Below are positions 1 through 12,076 of a stretch of 64,000 bases of DNA, piece after piece; the first letter of the stretch is position 1, and each line of letters begins with the position of its first letter. The translations under genes were made by a program, and so were the position numbers. Source of the stretch: Candidatus Bruticola sp. (GTDB taxonomy: Bacteria > Vulcanimicrobiota > Xenobia > Xenobiales > Xenobiaceae); NCBI GenBank assembly GCA_051874735.1, contig JBJEGD010000004.1:64001-128000 (forward strand), in the 5' to 3' direction. Under the pieces are notes generated by a model that had not been told where the DNA came from, did not search any database, and was given only the letters and a program-made list of their open reading frames with translations.

Positions 1-1
1 T

Positions 2-535
2 TTTGATGTTTTGGAAGATGTGCGCCGTTCGTTAGGTATACCTTGTATCATGCTGACTGTTCAAGATAACGAAGATGCCAGAGTGCGCGGATTGGAGTTA
101 GGAGCCGACGATTACATTGGTAAACCTTTTGGCCACCGAGAGCTAGTCAGCCGCATTAAGGCTGTACTGCGCCGTCTTGATACTCCGGCCCCTTTGGCCC
201 GAAATAGAGTTGCTATCGATTCTAGATTAACGGTCGATTTTGATCGCCGTTTAGCTGAGGTAGATGGTCAGGAGATTCACCTGCGTCCTACTGAATACAA
301 GCTGCTGCATCATTTTGTTAATCATCCCGGCAAGCTGCTCAGCCATGAAAATTTGCTTTCTAGAGTTTGGGGGCCGGAGTATAGAGATGATACTCAGCTT
401 TTGCGCCTGTATGTCAATTATTTGCGTAAAAAAATCGAAATAGATCCTGCTAACCCCCGCTATATTTTTAATGAACGTGGGTTAGGATATCGCTTTTGTG
501 AATACGAAAAAAACGATAAGGAAAACAGAAGCTAA
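2..535 (+). CDS. OmpR/KdpE-family response regulator (5'-truncated)
   Basis: Receiver C-terminal half (IMLT...GADDYIGKPF) plus winged-helix domain (LRPTEYKLL, VWGPEY, LRKKIE, RGLGY); frame is open back to the window edge. Confidence 0.9.
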   Translation, partial: FDVLEDVRRSLGIPCIMLTVQDNEDARVRGLELGADDYIGKPFGHRELVSRIKAVLRRLDTPAPLARNRVAIDSRLTVDFDRRLAEVDGQEIHLRPTEYKLLHHFVNHPGKLLSHENLLSRVWGPEYRDDTQLLRLYVNYLRKKIEIDPANPRYIFNERGLGYRFCEYEKNDKENRS

Positions 536-563
536 TTTTATAAATTAGTCACAGTTTTTCGTG

Positions 564-592
564 TTGACTTCTTACTTGACAAATGCTAAAAT
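564..592 (+). promoter_or_regulatory. sigma70-type promoter of rpsL-rpsG
   Basis: TTGACT-N17-TAAAAT with extended -10 TG. Confidence 0.75.
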
Positions 593-747
593 TTCGTAGC
601 TTTTCTGGGAGAATATCCAGAGCAATATAGTTTTTAGTTATTTACCGACTGTGAAAGAGCCTGCTCTCTTTGTTTTGGGTGCTTTAGCAAGAGAGGCACA
701 ATTTTATCTGGAGCAGGCAAGGTCGGCAAAAGTTTGAGGAGTAATTT

Positions 748-1176
748 ATGCCCACTATTAATCAGTTGGTGCGTTACGGTCGTAGAAAGCCTGTTTATAA
801 GAGCAAGGCCCCCGCATTGCACTTCTCCAACAACTCTCTGCTTATGAAGAGAATTGATACTGGAGGAAACCCGCAGAAGCAGGGTGTATGCACTCAGGTC
901 AAAACCGTTACACCTAAGAAACCTAACTCCGCTATGCGTAAAGTCGCTCGTGTGCGTCTTACCAACGGTATTGAAGTGACCGCTTATATTCCCGGTATTG
1001 GTCACAATCTCCAGGAACACTCCGTAGTCCTCATTAGAGGCGGACGTGTAAAGGACCTCCCTGGTGTACGTTATCATATCGTTCGTGGTACTTTGGATGC
1101 CGGCGGTGTAGCTAATCGTCGTCAGGGACGTTCCAAGTATGGCGCTAAGCGTCCTAAGGACGCCAAGAAGAAGTAG
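748..1176 (+). CDS. rpsL: 30S ribosomal protein S12
   Basis: [29 protein letters not shown]; carries the Terrabacteria-type N-terminal insert. Confidence 0.99.
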   Translation: MPTINQLVRYGRRKPVYKSKAPALHFSNNSLLMKRIDTGGNPQKQGVCTQVKTVTPKKPNSAMRKVARVRLTNGIEVTAYIPGIGHNLQEHSVVLIRGGRVKDLPGVRYHIVRGTLDAGGVANRRQGRSKYGAKRPKDAKKK

Positions 1177-1337
1177 TCTCTCTGCCCGTAAGCGGCTCTG
1201 AACTCTTTTTTGTGCATATCCTCTGTAAGAGGACTTGCAGCTCTTGCAGTTTTAATAATAAAGCTTAAAATTTTTGTCCTGCAGTCCAGCTTGATCTAGG
1301 GGTTAGGCGGATTGCAGTAGACGGAGGAGACAGATCA

Positions 1338-1808
1338 ATGTCTAGAAATCGCCGCGCACCTAAGAGGATTACTATTCCTGATCCGGTGTACCATGATGAA
1401 AGATTAACTAAGTTCATCAACCGCGTTATGCAGCGTGGTAAGAAGAGCGTCGCTGAGAAGATTGTTTACGGTGCTTTAGAAATCGTCGCTCAGAAAACTG
1501 GCAAAGATGCTATGAGCGTTTTTGCTGAGGCTATGGAAAATGCTATGCCCACCGTAGAGGTTCGTCCTCGTCGTGTAGGTGGCGCCACTTATCAGGTTCC
1601 TGTAGAAGTTCGTGAAGAGCGCCGCACCAGTTTAGGTATGCGTTGGATTCTCGCTAGTGCTAGAACTAGAGCCGGACATACCATGCGCGAGAGATTGGCC
1701 GATGAACTCATCGACACTTCCAAAGGCATCGGTAAGGCCGTTAAGAAGAAGGAAGAGACTCATCGTATGGCTGAAGCTAACAAGGCTTTCGCTCACTATC
1801 GCTGGTAA
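1338..1808 (+). CDS. rpsG: 30S ribosomal protein S7
   Basis: [26 protein letters not shown]. Confidence 0.99.
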   Translation: MSRNRRAPKRITIPDPVYHDERLTKFINRVMQRGKKSVAEKIVYGALEIVAQKTGKDAMSVFAEAMENAMPTVEVRPRRVGGATYQVPVEVREERRTSLGMRWILASARTRAGHTMRERLADELIDTSKGIGKAVKKKEETHRMAEANKAFAHYRW

Positions 1809-1841
1809 TTCTTCTCGGTAATTTTATTTTTGCTGAATAGG

Positions 1842-1892
1842 GGCGGAACTTGCCGTTTTTATTGCGGAAAGTTCCGCCTTACTAGGTTTTTA
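1842..1892 (+). terminator. probable terminator after rpsG
   Basis: GGCGGAACTT/AAGTTCCGCC inverted repeat followed by a T-rich tract. Confidence 0.5.
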
Positions 1893-2631
1893 TTGGACAC
1901 ATTTTGCTTGCTTTAAGGCAGCTTGCAGCATAAGCTTATTTTGTTTTGCTTCGCTTGAGTTAAAAAAAGACTGAACCTCTTCCACCAATCTCTTTTACAT
2001 GTTTAACCCTGTTTGGTAACATAAATTTATTAGAGCTCAGTTCGTTTTTTTTCTATTTTTTGAGAGCTGTATCCATTAAAAATTCCGGAATGAATCTTGA
2101 ACTGCAATTTTAAAGAATTGTTCTGCAGCGCTTTGAGTTTGCCATAGGCAGGGAGTGCTTCTCTAGAAATTTGTTTACAAATTTGTATATGATGCTTGTT
2201 GTAACGGGGAAGCTCTTATCCTTTGCTGCAGGAAGAATATTGTAAAAGATTTGCGCTTGTACCGATAAAGACTGGTATGGCGCTTTTTTTGAGATTGCTG
2301 CATGAATCGTGCAGATTGTCTATTGTTCAGCTGATAATACCGAAAATTGGTTGCTGCTGTTATATATGTTTTTTTTGACTAATTAATAAGCAGTTTATTG
2401 TCCAATATGCGGTGGCTGCAGTTTTAACAATTGATTGAAACGATCTGTATAATTAGATCAGTTTAATATGCTAGAGGCGGAAGGGGGGGAGACGGCTGAA
2501 TAAAAAAGTCGGATTTTTAAGTTATTTTATGCTGAAAAGAATTGGGGCTGCCAACATTTATGAGCCAAAGTAACAATACAAGCTCATTAGAAAAAACAGA
2601 TCTCGCTAATGAGATAGTCAGGAATACGTGT

Positions 2632-4722
2632 GTGACTACTAAAGAAGATATAGATCTAGCAAAAGTGCGCAATATAGGTATCGCTGCGCACATCGATGCC
2701 GGTAAAACTACTACTACGGAAAGAATTCTTTTCTATACCGGTAGAACCCATAGAATTGGAGATGTCGACGCCGGATCAGCCACTATGGACTGGATGATTC
2801 AGGAAAAAGAACGAGGCATTACTATTACTTCTGCTGTTACTACTGCCAGGTGGCGCGAACACATAATCAATGTTATTGATACTCCCGGACACGTTGATTT
2901 TACGGTAGAAGTTGAACGCTCTCTGCGTGTACTCGATGGTATGGTGGCTGTTTTTTGCGCTGTAGGCGGAGTACAGCCTCAGTCGGAGACGGTCTGGCGT
3001 CAGGCTGATCGCTATAAAGTTCCTCGTATAGCTTACGTTAATAAGATGGATCGTACAGGAGCTAATTTCTTAAATGTAGTTGAGAAAATGGCCGAACGTT
3101 TCGGGGCGAATGCTGTTCCTTGTCAGCTTCCTATTGGCGCCGAAGCCGATTTCGTGGGTATGATCGATCTTGTTACTATGAAAGCTCGTGTTTATCTCGA
3201 TGAGCTAGGGCAGCAATTTGAAGATCGTGAAATTCCTGCCGACATGCTGGAACAGGCTCAGGAGTACCGTGAAAAAATGGTCGCTGAAGCTGCTGAAGGC
3301 GAAGATGAGCTCACTGAAAAGTTCCTCTTAGGTGAAGCTCTTACTGAAGAGGAAATTCGCCGCGGTTTAAGGGTGCGTTGCATTAAAAATGAAATAGTGC
3401 CTGTGTTTTGCGGTTCTTCCTTTAAAAACAAGGGAGTGCAATTCCTTTTAGACGCTATTGTAGATTATTTGCCCTCTCCTTTAGAAATCCCCGAAATTCA
3501 AGCTCACAGTGCTGTAGATGATGAGGTCGTTGTGCGCAAAGGCTTGGTAGAGGAGCCTTTAGCGGCTTTGGTATTTAAGATTGCCACAGATCCTTTTGTC
3601 GGTAAATTAGCCTTTGTGCGCGTCTATTCTGGAGTACTTAGCGTAGGTAGTGCTGTACTTAATTCTATAAAAGGCAAAAGGGAGCGCATCGGCCGTTTGG
3701 TGCGCATGCATGCTGATCATAGAGAAGATGTTATGGAACTTCACGCTGGTGAATTAGGCGGGGTTTTAGGACTAAAAATTTCCACCACTGGAGATACTCT
3801 TTGCGATGAAAAGACTCCCATCAAACTGGAGAACATTACTTTCCCTGATCCCGTGATTTCAGTCGCTATTGAACCTAAATCTAAGGCAGATCAAGATCGC
3901 ATGGGAGTCGCTTTGAGTAAGCTGGCCGATGAAGATCCTACGTTTAGAACTAGCACTAATCCTGATACCGGACAAACTATGATCGCTGGTATGGGCGAAC
4001 TTCATTTAGACATTATTGTGGATAGATTGCTTCGTGAATTCCAGGTTGATGCAAATGTAGGGCGTCCTCAAGTCGCTTATAAAGAGGCTGTGCGCAAGAC
4101 GGTTAAAGCTGAGGGGCGTTTTGTGCGTCAAACAGGCGGACGTGGTCAGTTTGGTCATGTTTGGCTGGAGGTCTCGCCTTTAGAGCCTGGCAGCGGATTC
4201 CAATTTGAAAGTAAAGTTGTGGGCGGTACGGTTCCCAAAGAATATTTTAAGGCGGTTGAACAAGGCTGCCGAGAAGCTGCTCAGTGCGGAGTTTTAGCCG
4301 GTTTTCCTGTCGTAGATGTAAAAGTTGTACTGTTTGACGGCTCTTACCATGAAGTAGACTCTTCAGAAATGGCTTTCAAAGTTGCCGGTTCAATGGCTTT
4401 TCGGGAAGCGTTGAGCCAGAATGATTGCTATATAAAAGAGCCTATCATGAAGGTTGAAATAGAAGTTCCCGATAGCTATTTGGGCGATGTTATCGGTGAT
4501 ATAAACGGGCGTCGCGGTAAAATTGAGAGCTTGGACGTAGATAGCAACAATATTCAAATTATTAAGGCTCAAGCTCCTTTAGCTGAAATGTTTGGTTATA
4601 CTACCTCTTTGCGTAATATTTCTCAGGGGCGCGGAACTGCTTCCATGGAATTCGGTTTCTATGCTGAAGTGCCCAAGAATATCCAAGATCAGATAATTAA
4701 TCGCATTACTGGTCGCTTCTAG
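2632..4722 (+). CDS. fusA: elongation factor G
   Basis: [24 protein letters not shown]; start placed at GTG 2632 behind AGGA (ORF is open from 2542). Confidence 0.98.
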   Translation: MTTKEDIDLAKVRNIGIAAHIDAGKTTTTERILFYTGRTHRIGDVDAGSATMDWMIQEKERGITITSAVTTARWREHIINVIDTPGHVDFTVEVERSLRVLDGMVAVFCAVGGVQPQSETVWRQADRYKVPRIAYVNKMDRTGANFLNVVEKMAERFGANAVPCQLPIGAEADFVGMIDLVTMKARVYLDELGQQFEDREIPADMLEQAQEYREKMVAEAAEGEDELTEKFLLGEALTEEEIRRGLRVRCIKNEIVPVFCGSSFKNKGVQFLLDAIVDYLPSPLEIPEIQAHSAVDDEVVVRKGLVEEPLAALVFKIATDPFVGKLAFVRVYSGVLSVGSAVLNSIKGKRERIGRLVRMHADHREDVMELHAGELGGVLGLKISTTGDTLCDEKTPIKLENITFPDPVISVAIEPKSKADQDRMGVALSKLADEDPTFRTSTNPDTGQTMIAGMGELHLDIIVDRLLREFQVDANVGRPQVAYKEAVRKTVKAEGRFVRQTGGRGQFGHVWLEVSPLEPGSGFQFESKVVGGTVPKEYFKAVEQGCREAAQCGVLAGFPVVDVKVVLFDGSYHEVDSSEMAFKVAGSMAFREALSQNDCYIKEPIMKVEIEVPDSYLGDVIGDINGRRGKIESLDVDSNNIQIIKAQAPLAEMFGYTTSLRNISQGRGTASMEFGFYAEVPKNIQDQIINRITGRF

Positions 4723-4734
4723 TTTATTTAATTT

Positions 4735-4782
4735 AAAAGCGCAGAAAGTGAAACTTTAGAGTCTCTTTCTGCGCTTTTTTTT
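4735..4782 (+). terminator. intrinsic terminator after fusA
   Basis: AAAAGCGCAGAAAG/CTTTCTGCGCTTTT stem with T8 tail. Confidence 0.8.
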
Positions 4783-4886
4783 GTTTGTGTGTACTAATAA
4801 ATTCATTTTTCGTTTTTTTTTATTTCATACTGGCAGGAATGAGATAGAAAAACGAAAATAAAAGAGCCCAAATCATTTAGAAGCAC

Positions 4887-4915
4887 TTTACAAGACGGGT
4901 TGTTTGGAGTAGAAT
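4887..4915 (+). promoter_or_regulatory. sigma70-type promoter of tuf-rpsJ
   Basis: TTTACA-N17-TAGAAT downstream of the fusA terminator. Confidence 0.6.
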
Positions 4916-5085
4916 CCCACGCAGGGTGTATTCTTTTTTATGGGCTCCTGCACATTCTTTTCTTTGTTAGCTCAGGGCCCAGAACAGTAGGCTCCTTGAA
5001 GGGCCAGTCTTATAGAGATTTTTAAACTACTAAAGAGTAAAATTCCGAGAGGGCCAGTCTGCTTTCTCGGACTGGAGGAATAATA

Positions 5086-6288
5086 ATGGGTAAAGAGCAT
5101 TTTGTTCGTAGTAAGCCTCACGTAAACGTAGGTACTATCGGACACGTAGACCACGGTAAAACCACTCTCACCGCCGCTATCTTAACAGTCCTCGCTAAGG
5201 CTGGACAGGCTGAGTTTAAGCCGGTTGACGAAATTGACGGCGCTCCTGAAGAGAAGGCTCGTGGTATCACGATTGCTATCTGCCACGTGGAGTACGAGAC
5301 TGAAAAGCGTCACTACGCTCACGTAGACTGCCCCGGACACGCTGACTACATTAAGAATATGATCACCGGTGCTGCTCAGATGGACGGTGCTATTCTGGTT
5401 GTAGCCGCCACTGATGGTCCTATGCCTCAGACCCGTGAGCACATCCTCCTCGCCCGCCAGGTGAACGTACCCGCCTTGGTCGTATTCTTAAACAAGTGCG
5501 ACATGGTAGATGACCCTGAGTTGGTAGAACTTGTTGAGATGGAACTTCGTGAGCTCCTTTCCAGCTACGAGTTCGATGGCGACAACACACCCATCATTTG
5601 CGGTTCCGCTCTTAAAGCTTTAGAGTGCGGTTGCGGTAGCAGAGAGTGCAAGTGGTGCGGAGCTATCTGGAAGCTCCTCGACGCTGTAGACACTTGGATC
5701 CCTGAGCCTGAGCGCCCCGTTGATCAGCCCTTCTTGCTTCCCGTTGAAGACGTCTTCACCATCACCGGCCGCGGTACTGTTGCTACCGGTCGTGTAGAGC
5801 GTGGTAAGATTCATACCGGCGAAGAAGTTGAGATCGTCGGTATTCACGAAGAGACCCGCAAGGTCGTAGTAACCGGTGTCGAGATGTTCCACAAAATTCT
5901 CGATGAAGGTATGGCTGGTGACAACGTCGGTGTATTGCTCCGCGGCGTAGAGCGCAAAGATATCGTTCGCGGTATGGTTTTGGCTAAACCCAACTCCATT
6001 AAGCCTCACACCAAGTTTGTGGCCCGCGTTATGGTTCTTAAGAAGGAAGAGGGCGGCCGTCATAAGCCCTTCTTCGATGGCTATCGTCCTCAGTTCTATT
6101 TCCGCACGACCGACGTAACCGGTACCATTCATTTACCTGAAGGTGTAGAGATGGTAATGCCTGGTGACCATATTGATATGACCGTTGAGCTCATTCAGCA
6201 CATCGCCATTGAGAAGAACCTCCGCTTCGCTATCCGTGAAGGCGGCAGAACCGTTGGCGCTGGTGTCGTAACCGAGATCATCGAGTAG
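5086..6288 (+). CDS. tuf: elongation factor Tu
   Basis: [31 protein letters not shown]. Confidence 0.99.
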   Translation: MGKEHFVRSKPHVNVGTIGHVDHGKTTLTAAILTVLAKAGQAEFKPVDEIDGAPEEKARGITIAICHVEYETEKRHYAHVDCPGHADYIKNMITGAAQMDGAILVVAATDGPMPQTREHILLARQVNVPALVVFLNKCDMVDDPELVELVEMELRELLSSYEFDGDNTPIICGSALKALECGCGSRECKWCGAIWKLLDAVDTWIPEPERPVDQPFLLPVEDVFTITGRGTVATGRVERGKIHTGEEVEIVGIHEETRKVVVTGVEMFHKILDEGMAGDNVGVLLRGVERKDIVRGMVLAKPNSIKPHTKFVARVMVLKKEEGGRHKPFFDGYRPQFYFRTTDVTGTIHLPEGVEMVMPGDHIDMTVELIQHIAIEKNLRFAIREGGRTVGAGVVTEIIE

Positions 6289-6386
6289 GTTTTGTAAGTA
6301 GATCACTACTGAAATTTTGTCATCCGGTTCTTTGTGCTTTACTTAGGGCCGGATGATAAGTTGTGATCTGTCCATTAGGAGGAAAA

Positions 6387-6698
6387 ATGTCCAAACAGAG
6401 GATCCGTATTCGTCTTAAAGCCTTTGACTATGCGCTTTTAGATGATTCGGCCGAAAAGATTGTGCAGATCGCCCGTCAGACTGGCGCTCACATTTCCGGT
6501 CCCGTGCCCCTTCCTACCGAGAAGAATGTATGGTGCGTAAACCGTTCTCCCTTCGTCGATAAGAAGTCCCGTGAGCACTTTGAGATCCGTACCCACAAGC
6601 GTTTAATCGATATCTATTTCGATCAGTCTCAGAAGACTATCGAGCAGCTTATGAAGGTTGATCTTCCTGCTGGCGTCGATATTGAAATTAGAGGTTAA
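6387..6698 (+). CDS. rpsJ: 30S ribosomal protein S10
   Basis: [26 protein letters not shown]; ATG behind AGGAGG. Confidence 0.99.
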   Translation: MSKQRIRIRLKAFDYALLDDSAEKIVQIARQTGAHISGPVPLPTEKNVWCVNRSPFVDKKSREHFEIRTHKRLIDIYFDQSQKTIEQLMKVDLPAGVDIEIRG

Positions 6699-6814
6699 TC
6701 AGCCAGCCAAGGCAACTTCTGTTGTCTTGCAGCCGCTGGGTAAGGACTAGGTCGATTGTCCGCAAGCTGCATCCCACCTCGCTTGAAAGCGAGTAAGAAA
6801 ATAGAGGAATAACA

Positions 6815-7438
6815 ATGAAGGCCATTTTAGGCAAAAAGCTTGGTATGACTCAGGTTTACGACGAGAAAGGCGTAATTGTTCCCGTCACCGTTCTCGAGGC
6901 TGGTCCCTGCGTCGTAGTTCAAAAGCGCACCAAAGAAAATGACGGTTACGAAGCCATTCAGGTTGGTTTCGGCGAAATCCGTGACAAATTAGTAAATAAG
7001 CCCCGTGCTGGTCATTTCGCTAAGCATGGCGTAGCCAATAAGCGTTACTTAAGAGAATTCCGTTTAGATGATTCCGCTTCTTACGAGGTTGGTCAGGAAA
7101 TAAAGGTTGATGTCTTCCAGGCCGGCGATAAAGTAGATGTAATGGGAACCTCTAAAGGTAAAGGTTTCCAGGGCGGTATGAAGAGACATAATTTTGGCGG
7201 CGGCGGCAATTCTCACGGTTCCATGTCTCACCGTGTGCCTGCTTCCAGCGGTGCTACTGATGCTGCTCGTGTGTTCCCTGGCACCAGAAAGCCTGGTCAT
7301 ATGGGTGATGTCCGCGTAACAACTCAGGGACTTACCGTTGTTCGCGTAGATTTAGAGCGCAACGTATTGTTAGTTAAAGGCTCAGTCCCCGGTCCGAACC
7401 AAGGTTTGGTCACTATTCGTACTTCTGTTAAGAAGTAA
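6815..7438 (+). CDS. rplC: 50S ribosomal protein L3
   Basis: [23 protein letters not shown]. Confidence 0.99.
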   Translation: MKAILGKKLGMTQVYDEKGVIVPVTVLEAGPCVVVQKRTKENDGYEAIQVGFGEIRDKLVNKPRAGHFAKHGVANKRYLREFRLDDSASYEVGQEIKVDVFQAGDKVDVMGTSKGKGFQGGMKRHNFGGGGNSHGSMSHRVPASSGATDAARVFPGTRKPGHMGDVRVTTQGLTVVRVDLERNVLLVKGSVPGPNQGLVTIRTSVKK

Positions 7439-7470
7439 AAACAGTTTCAGGAAAGGCTCAGGAAATTACG

Positions 7471-8103
7471 ATGCCTAAGGTATCCCTTTATAATATGAAG
7501 GGCGAGACTGTTGGGGAGCTGGAGCTCAACCAAGAAGTCTTCGCCGTGCCTTATAATGAGGCACTCATTCACCAAGTAATGGTTTCTATGCGCGCTAATC
7601 AGCGTCAGGGAAATGCTAAAACTAAAACTCGTGGAGAAGTTTCTGGTGGAGGAAGAAAACCTTTCCGTCAGAAGGGCACTGGTATGGCCCGTCAGGGTTC
7701 CAGACGTTCTCCTCTTATGCGTGGTGGTGCCATCACTTTCGGCCCCGTAGTGCGCAGCTATACTCAGTCTATTCCCCGCAAGATGCGCCGCTTAGCTTTG
7801 TGCAGCGCTCTTTCTAAGCGCGTGGACGAGTCCTTAATGACTGCTCTGGACAGTCTTAAGATGGACGAATATAAAACCAAAGCTTTCATCTCCGTTTTAG
7901 ATGCTATTAAAGCTCAGCCTGCCGAAGGCCGCGTTTTGGTCGTTCTCAACGGAGCTGATAAGGTAACTTTGAAGTCTGCTGCTAATATCCCCAATGTTCG
8001 CGTGGTTGAAGCTCGCAATTTGAACTTGCTGGATGTTATCGATTATCCCAGACTCGTTGCCACTCAGTCCGCTTTGAAAGCTATCGAGGAGGGTTTGGCA
8101 TAA
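7471..8103 (+). CDS. rplD: 50S ribosomal protein L4
   Basis: KTRGEVSGGGRKPFRQKGTG. Confidence 0.99.
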   Translation: MPKVSLYNMKGETVGELELNQEVFAVPYNEALIHQVMVSMRANQRQGNAKTKTRGEVSGGGRKPFRQKGTGMARQGSRRSPLMRGGAITFGPVVRSYTQSIPRKMRRLALCSALSKRVDESLMTALDSLKMDEYKTKAFISVLDAIKAQPAEGRVLVVLNGADKVTLKSAANIPNVRVVEARNLNLLDVIDYPRLVATQSALKAIEEGLA

Positions 8104-8441
8104 TGGCAATTCAGAAGATTCCCAGTAGCGTACATAATCTTCGCTACAGCACTCACGATGTGTTGCTTCGCCCCCTTATCACTGAAAAGAGCATGGAACA
8201 GCATGCTGATAATAAGTACACCTTCTTGGTGGATCTTAGAGCTAACAAGTTTGATATTCGCAACGCTGTTGAGTCCATGTTTAATGTGACTGTTACTAAG
8301 GTAACTACTGTTCGTGTGAGAGGCAAAGTTAAGAGACGCGGTCGCGTTTATGGTAAGCGTCCCGATTATAAGAAGGCTTATGTCTCTATAAAGGCCGGTG
8401 ACAAGATTGAAGTAGCCGGTGCTCCTTTGTTCGAGAATTAG
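8103..8441 (+). CDS. rplW: 50S ribosomal protein L23
   Basis: PLITEKS, YTFLVD, KKAYV; position in the S10 operon. Confidence 0.97.
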   Translation: MAIQKIPSSVHNLRYSTHDVLLRPLITEKSMEQHADNKYTFLVDLRANKFDIRNAVESMFNVTVTKVTTVRVRGKVKRRGRVYGKRPDYKKAYVSIKAGDKIEVAGAPLFEN

Positions 8442-8457
8442 TTTTCGGCCCGATGAG

Positions 8458-8498
8458 ATAAATAGACCAGGCTAACTAGGCCTGGTCTATTTATTTTT
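8458..8498 (+). terminator. intrinsic terminator between rplW and rplB
   Basis: Perfect 15-bp stem ATAAATAGACCAGGC/GCCTGGTCTATTTAT followed by T run. Confidence 0.75.
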
Positions 8499-8745
8499 AC
8501 TAAAATGTGAACAATAAGACAAATTTGGAGAAAATATTTAAAAGTCTGCTAATAAGTTATTGAATATCTTGAAATGTTGGCGTTTTTATGCTTAAATTGC
8601 CTGGCATGGCTATGAGGTTTCTCTCTCTATCGTTGTAATTGATGAGAGAGCGATTTTTTTTTGTTAAACCTCATTTGTGGGTGCAAACGAATTCCAAACT
8701 TTTAGGCTTTGGAATTTGGCGTATACCCACGGAAGGAGAACTTAA

Positions 8746-9570
8746 GTGCCAACGAGACTTTATAAACCGACTACTAACGGCCGTCGTTTTATGTCGGTGA
8801 TGGACAACAGCAATTTAAGCAAATGTAAACCTGAGGAGTCTTTGCTCGTTCCTCATAAGGTAACTGCCGGCCGCAACGCTCAGGGCCGCGTTACTGCTCG
8901 TCATCGTGGCGGCGGTCACAAGCGTCAGTACCGTATCATTGACTGGCGTCGTGATAAAGATAATATCCCCGCTCGTGTTGCTACTATTGAGTACGATCCC
9001 AACCGCTCTGCACACATCGCCCTTCTTCATTATGCTGATGGTGAAAAGCGTTATATCTTGGCTGCCAATAATATGAAGGTTGGCGATAGCGTTATTTCTG
9101 GCGTAGCTCAAGATATTAAAATCGGCAATGCCATGATGCTTCAGAGCATGCCTATTGGTACTATTGTACATAATGTCGAATTGAAACCCGGCCGCGGTGC
9201 TCAGATGGCTCGCTCTGCCGGTTCTTCTGCTCAGTTGATGGCTAAAGAGGGCCGTTTCGCTCTCTTGCGTTTGCCTTCTTCTGAAGTACGCAAAGTGCCT
9301 ATCACCTGCCGCGCTACTGTAGGTCAGGTAGGCAATGTCGATCACGAAAATATGATAATTGGTAAAGCCGGTCGTTCTCGCTGGATGGGCAAGAGACCCC
9401 ATATCCGTGGTGTGGCTACTAACCCGTGTGACCATCCCCATGGCGGCGGTGAAGCGAGGTCTACTCCTGGCCGTCCCAGCACAACTCCTTGGGGTAAGCC
9501 TACTTACGGCTTGAAGACCCGCAGGAAACAGCCTGGCGACAAGATGATTGTGAGACGCCGCGGCTGCTAG
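8746..9570 (+). CDS. rplB: 50S ribosomal protein L2
   Basis: [25 protein letters not shown]. Confidence 0.99.
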   Translation: MPTRLYKPTTNGRRFMSVMDNSNLSKCKPEESLLVPHKVTAGRNAQGRVTARHRGGGHKRQYRIIDWRRDKDNIPARVATIEYDPNRSAHIALLHYADGEKRYILAANNMKVGDSVISGVAQDIKIGNAMMLQSMPIGTIVHNVELKPGRGAQMARSAGSSAQLMAKEGRFALLRLPSSEVRKVPITCRATVGQVGNVDHENMIIGKAGRSRWMGKRPHIRGVATNPCDHPHGGGEARSTPGRPSTTPWGKPTYGLKTRRKQPGDKMIVRRRGC

Positions 9571-9632
9571 TAAGGTCTGCAAGGTACTTGGCCCGTTTGT
9601 GAAGGCTCGTACCTTATTTATGGAGGATTCAG

Positions 9633-9926
9633 ATGTCTCGTTCAGTGAAAAAAGGCCCGTTTGTGGCCGAACATCTTCAGAAGAAGATTGAAAAACTCAA
9701 CGCCGGTAACCAGAAAAGTTTAGTAAAAACCTGGTCTCGCGCCAGCACTATTACCCCTGAAATGATTGGTCACACCATTGCTGTTCACAACGGTCGCACT
9801 CACGTTTCCGTTTACGTAGCTGAGGAAATGGTTGGTCATAAGTTGGGTGAGTTCGCTCCTACTAGATTGTTCCGCGGTCACGCCGGCGGCAAAGCTGAGA
9901 AGAAGAGCAAGGTCGCTAAGAAGTAA
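9633..9926 (+). CDS. rpsS: 30S ribosomal protein S19
   Basis: [26 protein letters not shown]. Confidence 0.99.
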   Translation: MSRSVKKGPFVAEHLQKKIEKLNAGNQKSLVKTWSRASTITPEMIGHTIAVHNGRTHVSVYVAEEMVGHKLGEFAPTRLFRGHAGGKAEKKSKVAKK

Positions 9927-9959
9927 GTTCTGGCTTAAAGGAAAATTCTTGGAGGAATT

Positions 9960-10346
9960 ATGGCTAATATAGGTTCAGATGCAGCCGTCAAGACCGAAGA
10001 AGTAACGGTTAGAGCAGTTGCTAAATATGTGCACATGACCCCGCGCAAGTTGCGTCTTTGCGCTCGTGCGATCTATGGCAAGTCCGCTGCGGCTGCTGCC
10101 AACATGCTCCGCTTTACTAATAAGCGCGCTGCTGGCACTATGCTTAAAGTTTTAGAGTCCGCTGTAGCTAATGCTGTGAACAATCACAAACTCGACGCTG
10201 AAAAGCTCGTTGTCTATCGCGCTTTTGTTGATGAAGGCCCTACCGGCAAAGGTTGGCTCCCTCGCTCCCGCGGCCGCGCTAGTCAGCTCCATAAGAGAAC
10301 TAGTCATATTACCGTTGTTGTCAAAGAGAAGGAGAATGTGCGCTAA
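9960..10346 (+). CDS. rplV: 50S ribosomal protein L22
   Basis: PRKLR, SAVANA, VDEGP, RTSHITV. Confidence 0.98.
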   Translation: MANIGSDAAVKTEEVTVRAVAKYVHMTPRKLRLCARAIYGKSAAAAANMLRFTNKRAAGTMLKVLESAVANAVNNHKLDAEKLVVYRAFVDEGPTGKGWLPRSRGRASQLHKRTSHITVVVKEKENVR

Positions 10347-10975
10347 TGGGTCAGAAAATTCATCCCAATGGTTTGCGTGTTGGCATCATCAGAGGTTGGG
10401 ACTCTCGTTGGTACAGTCAGAAAGAGTACGCTAATTGGCTGCGTGAGGATATGCGCATCCGCGACTTTATTGTGAAGTTCCATAAGAACGCCGGCGTAAC
10501 TAAAGTCGAGATTGAGCGCGCTAGTAAGGTTCACGTCATTGTCAATACTGCTAAGCCCGGTTTAGTGATCGGTAAGAAGGGTGCTGGTATTGATGATCTT
10601 CGCAGTCGCTTAGAGAAAATGACCTCTAAGTCTGTAAAAATTTCTATTCAGGAAATTAATCAGCACGAGCTCGAAGCTTCTTTGGTCGCTGAGAATATCG
10701 CCGATGCTTTAGTGAAGCGCGTTACTTTCCGTCGTGCTATGAAGCAGGCTGCTCAGCGCGTTATGAAAGCTGGAGCCAAGGGGATCCGCATTCAGGTTTC
10801 TGGTCGTTTAGGAGGCAGTGAAATCGCCCGCACCGAGCGTACCTTTAATGGTAAGGTGCCTCTGCACACTTTGAGAGCCGATGTGGACTATTCTATAAAA
10901 GAAGCCAATACCACTTACGGTGTGATTGGTGTTAAAGTTTGGATCTATCGTGGCGACATTTTGTCGAAGCGCTAA
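10346..10975 (+). CDS. rpsC: 30S ribosomal protein S3
   Basis: [29 protein letters not shown]. Confidence 0.99.
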   Translation: MGQKIHPNGLRVGIIRGWDSRWYSQKEYANWLREDMRIRDFIVKFHKNAGVTKVEIERASKVHVIVNTAKPGLVIGKKGAGIDDLRSRLEKMTSKSVKISIQEINQHELEASLVAENIADALVKRVTFRRAMKQAAQRVMKAGAKGIRIQVSGRLGGSEIARTERTFNGKVPLHTLRADVDYSIKEANTTYGVIGVKVWIYRGDILSKR

Positions 10976-11088
10976 CAAACTGTTTACAACAAGACGCTAA
11001 GTTTTTTCGCCCGTAACTTGCAAAAGCTGAATCTTTATAATATACTGGTTCAGCATTTTGCAGTTACGATCGCGTGGAGGATAGGAAT

Positions 11089-11511
11089 ATGTTAAGCCCC
11101 AAGAGGGTTAAGTATCGTAAGACGCACCGTGGCCGTATGACAGGAAAGGCCCAGCGCGGTAATACCGTGGCCTTTGGTGAGTATGGGATCCAGAGTCTTG
11201 AGCCTTGCTGGGTGACCGACAGGCAGATTGAGGCCGCTCGTGTCGCTATGACGCGTTTTATTAAACGCGGTGGTAAAGTCTGGATTAAAGTTTTTCCTGA
11301 TAAGTCGGCAACTAAGAAACCTGCTGAAACTCGTATGGGTTCCGGTAAAGGCGCTCCTGATTACTGGGTAGCCGTAGTGCATACCGGCAGAGTGTTGTTT
11401 GAAGTTGCGGGAGTCCCTGAAGATGTAGCTCGTGAAGCCATGCGTTTAGCCGCTCACAAGCTCCCTATGAAAACCCGCTTTGTTACCCGTGAAAGATTGG
11501 GTGGTGAATAA
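11089..11511 (+). CDS. rplP: 50S ribosomal protein L16
   Basis: [18 protein letters not shown]. Confidence 0.99.
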   Translation: MLSPKRVKYRKTHRGRMTGKAQRGNTVAFGEYGIQSLEPCWVTDRQIEAARVAMTRFIKRGGKVWIKVFPDKSATKKPAETRMGSGKGAPDYWVAVVHTGRVLFEVAGVPEDVAREAMRLAAHKLPMKTRFVTRERLGGE

Positions 11512-11513
11512 TT

Positions 11514-11726
11514 ATGAAGCTGAAAGAAGAACGCGCTGGCTTAAGGAAGCTGGGTTTGGCTGTTCTCCGTGGACGTTTAGTAGATGCCAAGCAAGAGTTG
11601 TTTAACCTCCGCTTTCAGTTAGCTACGGGTCATTTGCAGGATGTCTCTCGGGTTGGCCAAGTGAAGAAGCAGATTGCTAGAATTCACACCGTTATCCGTG
11701 AGCTCGAGCTTAAGGAGAGCAAGTAA
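11514..11726 (+). CDS. rpmC: 50S ribosomal protein L29
   Basis: [16 protein letters not shown]. Confidence 0.97.
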   Translation: MKLKEERAGLRKLGLAVLRGRLVDAKQELFNLRFQLATGHLQDVSRVGQVKKQIARIHTVIRELELKESK

Positions 11727-11986
11727 TGAACGAAGAACGCGGAATTCGCAAAGTAAGAATTGGCGAAGTTATTAGTAACGCTGGCGATAAGACAATCGTA
11801 GTAAAAGTTACCCGTCAGTTCGCGCACCCCATTTATAAAAAGTTCATCCACAAGAGCAAAAAATTCCATGCTCACGATGAAAATAACGAGTGCGGCAAAG
11901 GCGATATCGTTAAGATTCAGGAGACTAGACCCTACTCTAAAATGAAGTGCTGGCGTTTGGTCGAAATCGTTGAGAAAGCCCGTTAG
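11726..11986 (+). CDS. rpsQ: 30S ribosomal protein S17
   Basis: DKTIVV, HPIYKK, AHDENN, ETRP. Confidence 0.98.
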   Translation: MNEERGIRKVRIGEVISNAGDKTIVVKVTRQFAHPIYKKFIHKSKKFHAHDENNECGKGDIVKIQETRPYSKMKCWRLVEIVEKAR

Positions 11987-12076
11987 TATTTCTCTTTTTT
12001 GAACTTTTTTTTGCTAATGCGGCGGAACGCCCGGGTATGGGGATTGCGCCGTGCAGAGAATTAAAGGAGTAACACA

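Noticed and set aside
4967-5010. tRNA-like fragment TAGCTCAG...AGAACA...GGCTC/GGGCC in the tuf leader
   Set aside because: D-stem mismatch, 6-nt loop, no TTCRA arm and no acceptor stem, so not callable as a tRNA
5620-5660. [11 protein letters not shown] insert in EF-Tu as a novelty
   Set aside because: Similar Cys-rich inserts are recalled from clostridial EF-Tu; kept only as a lineage hint
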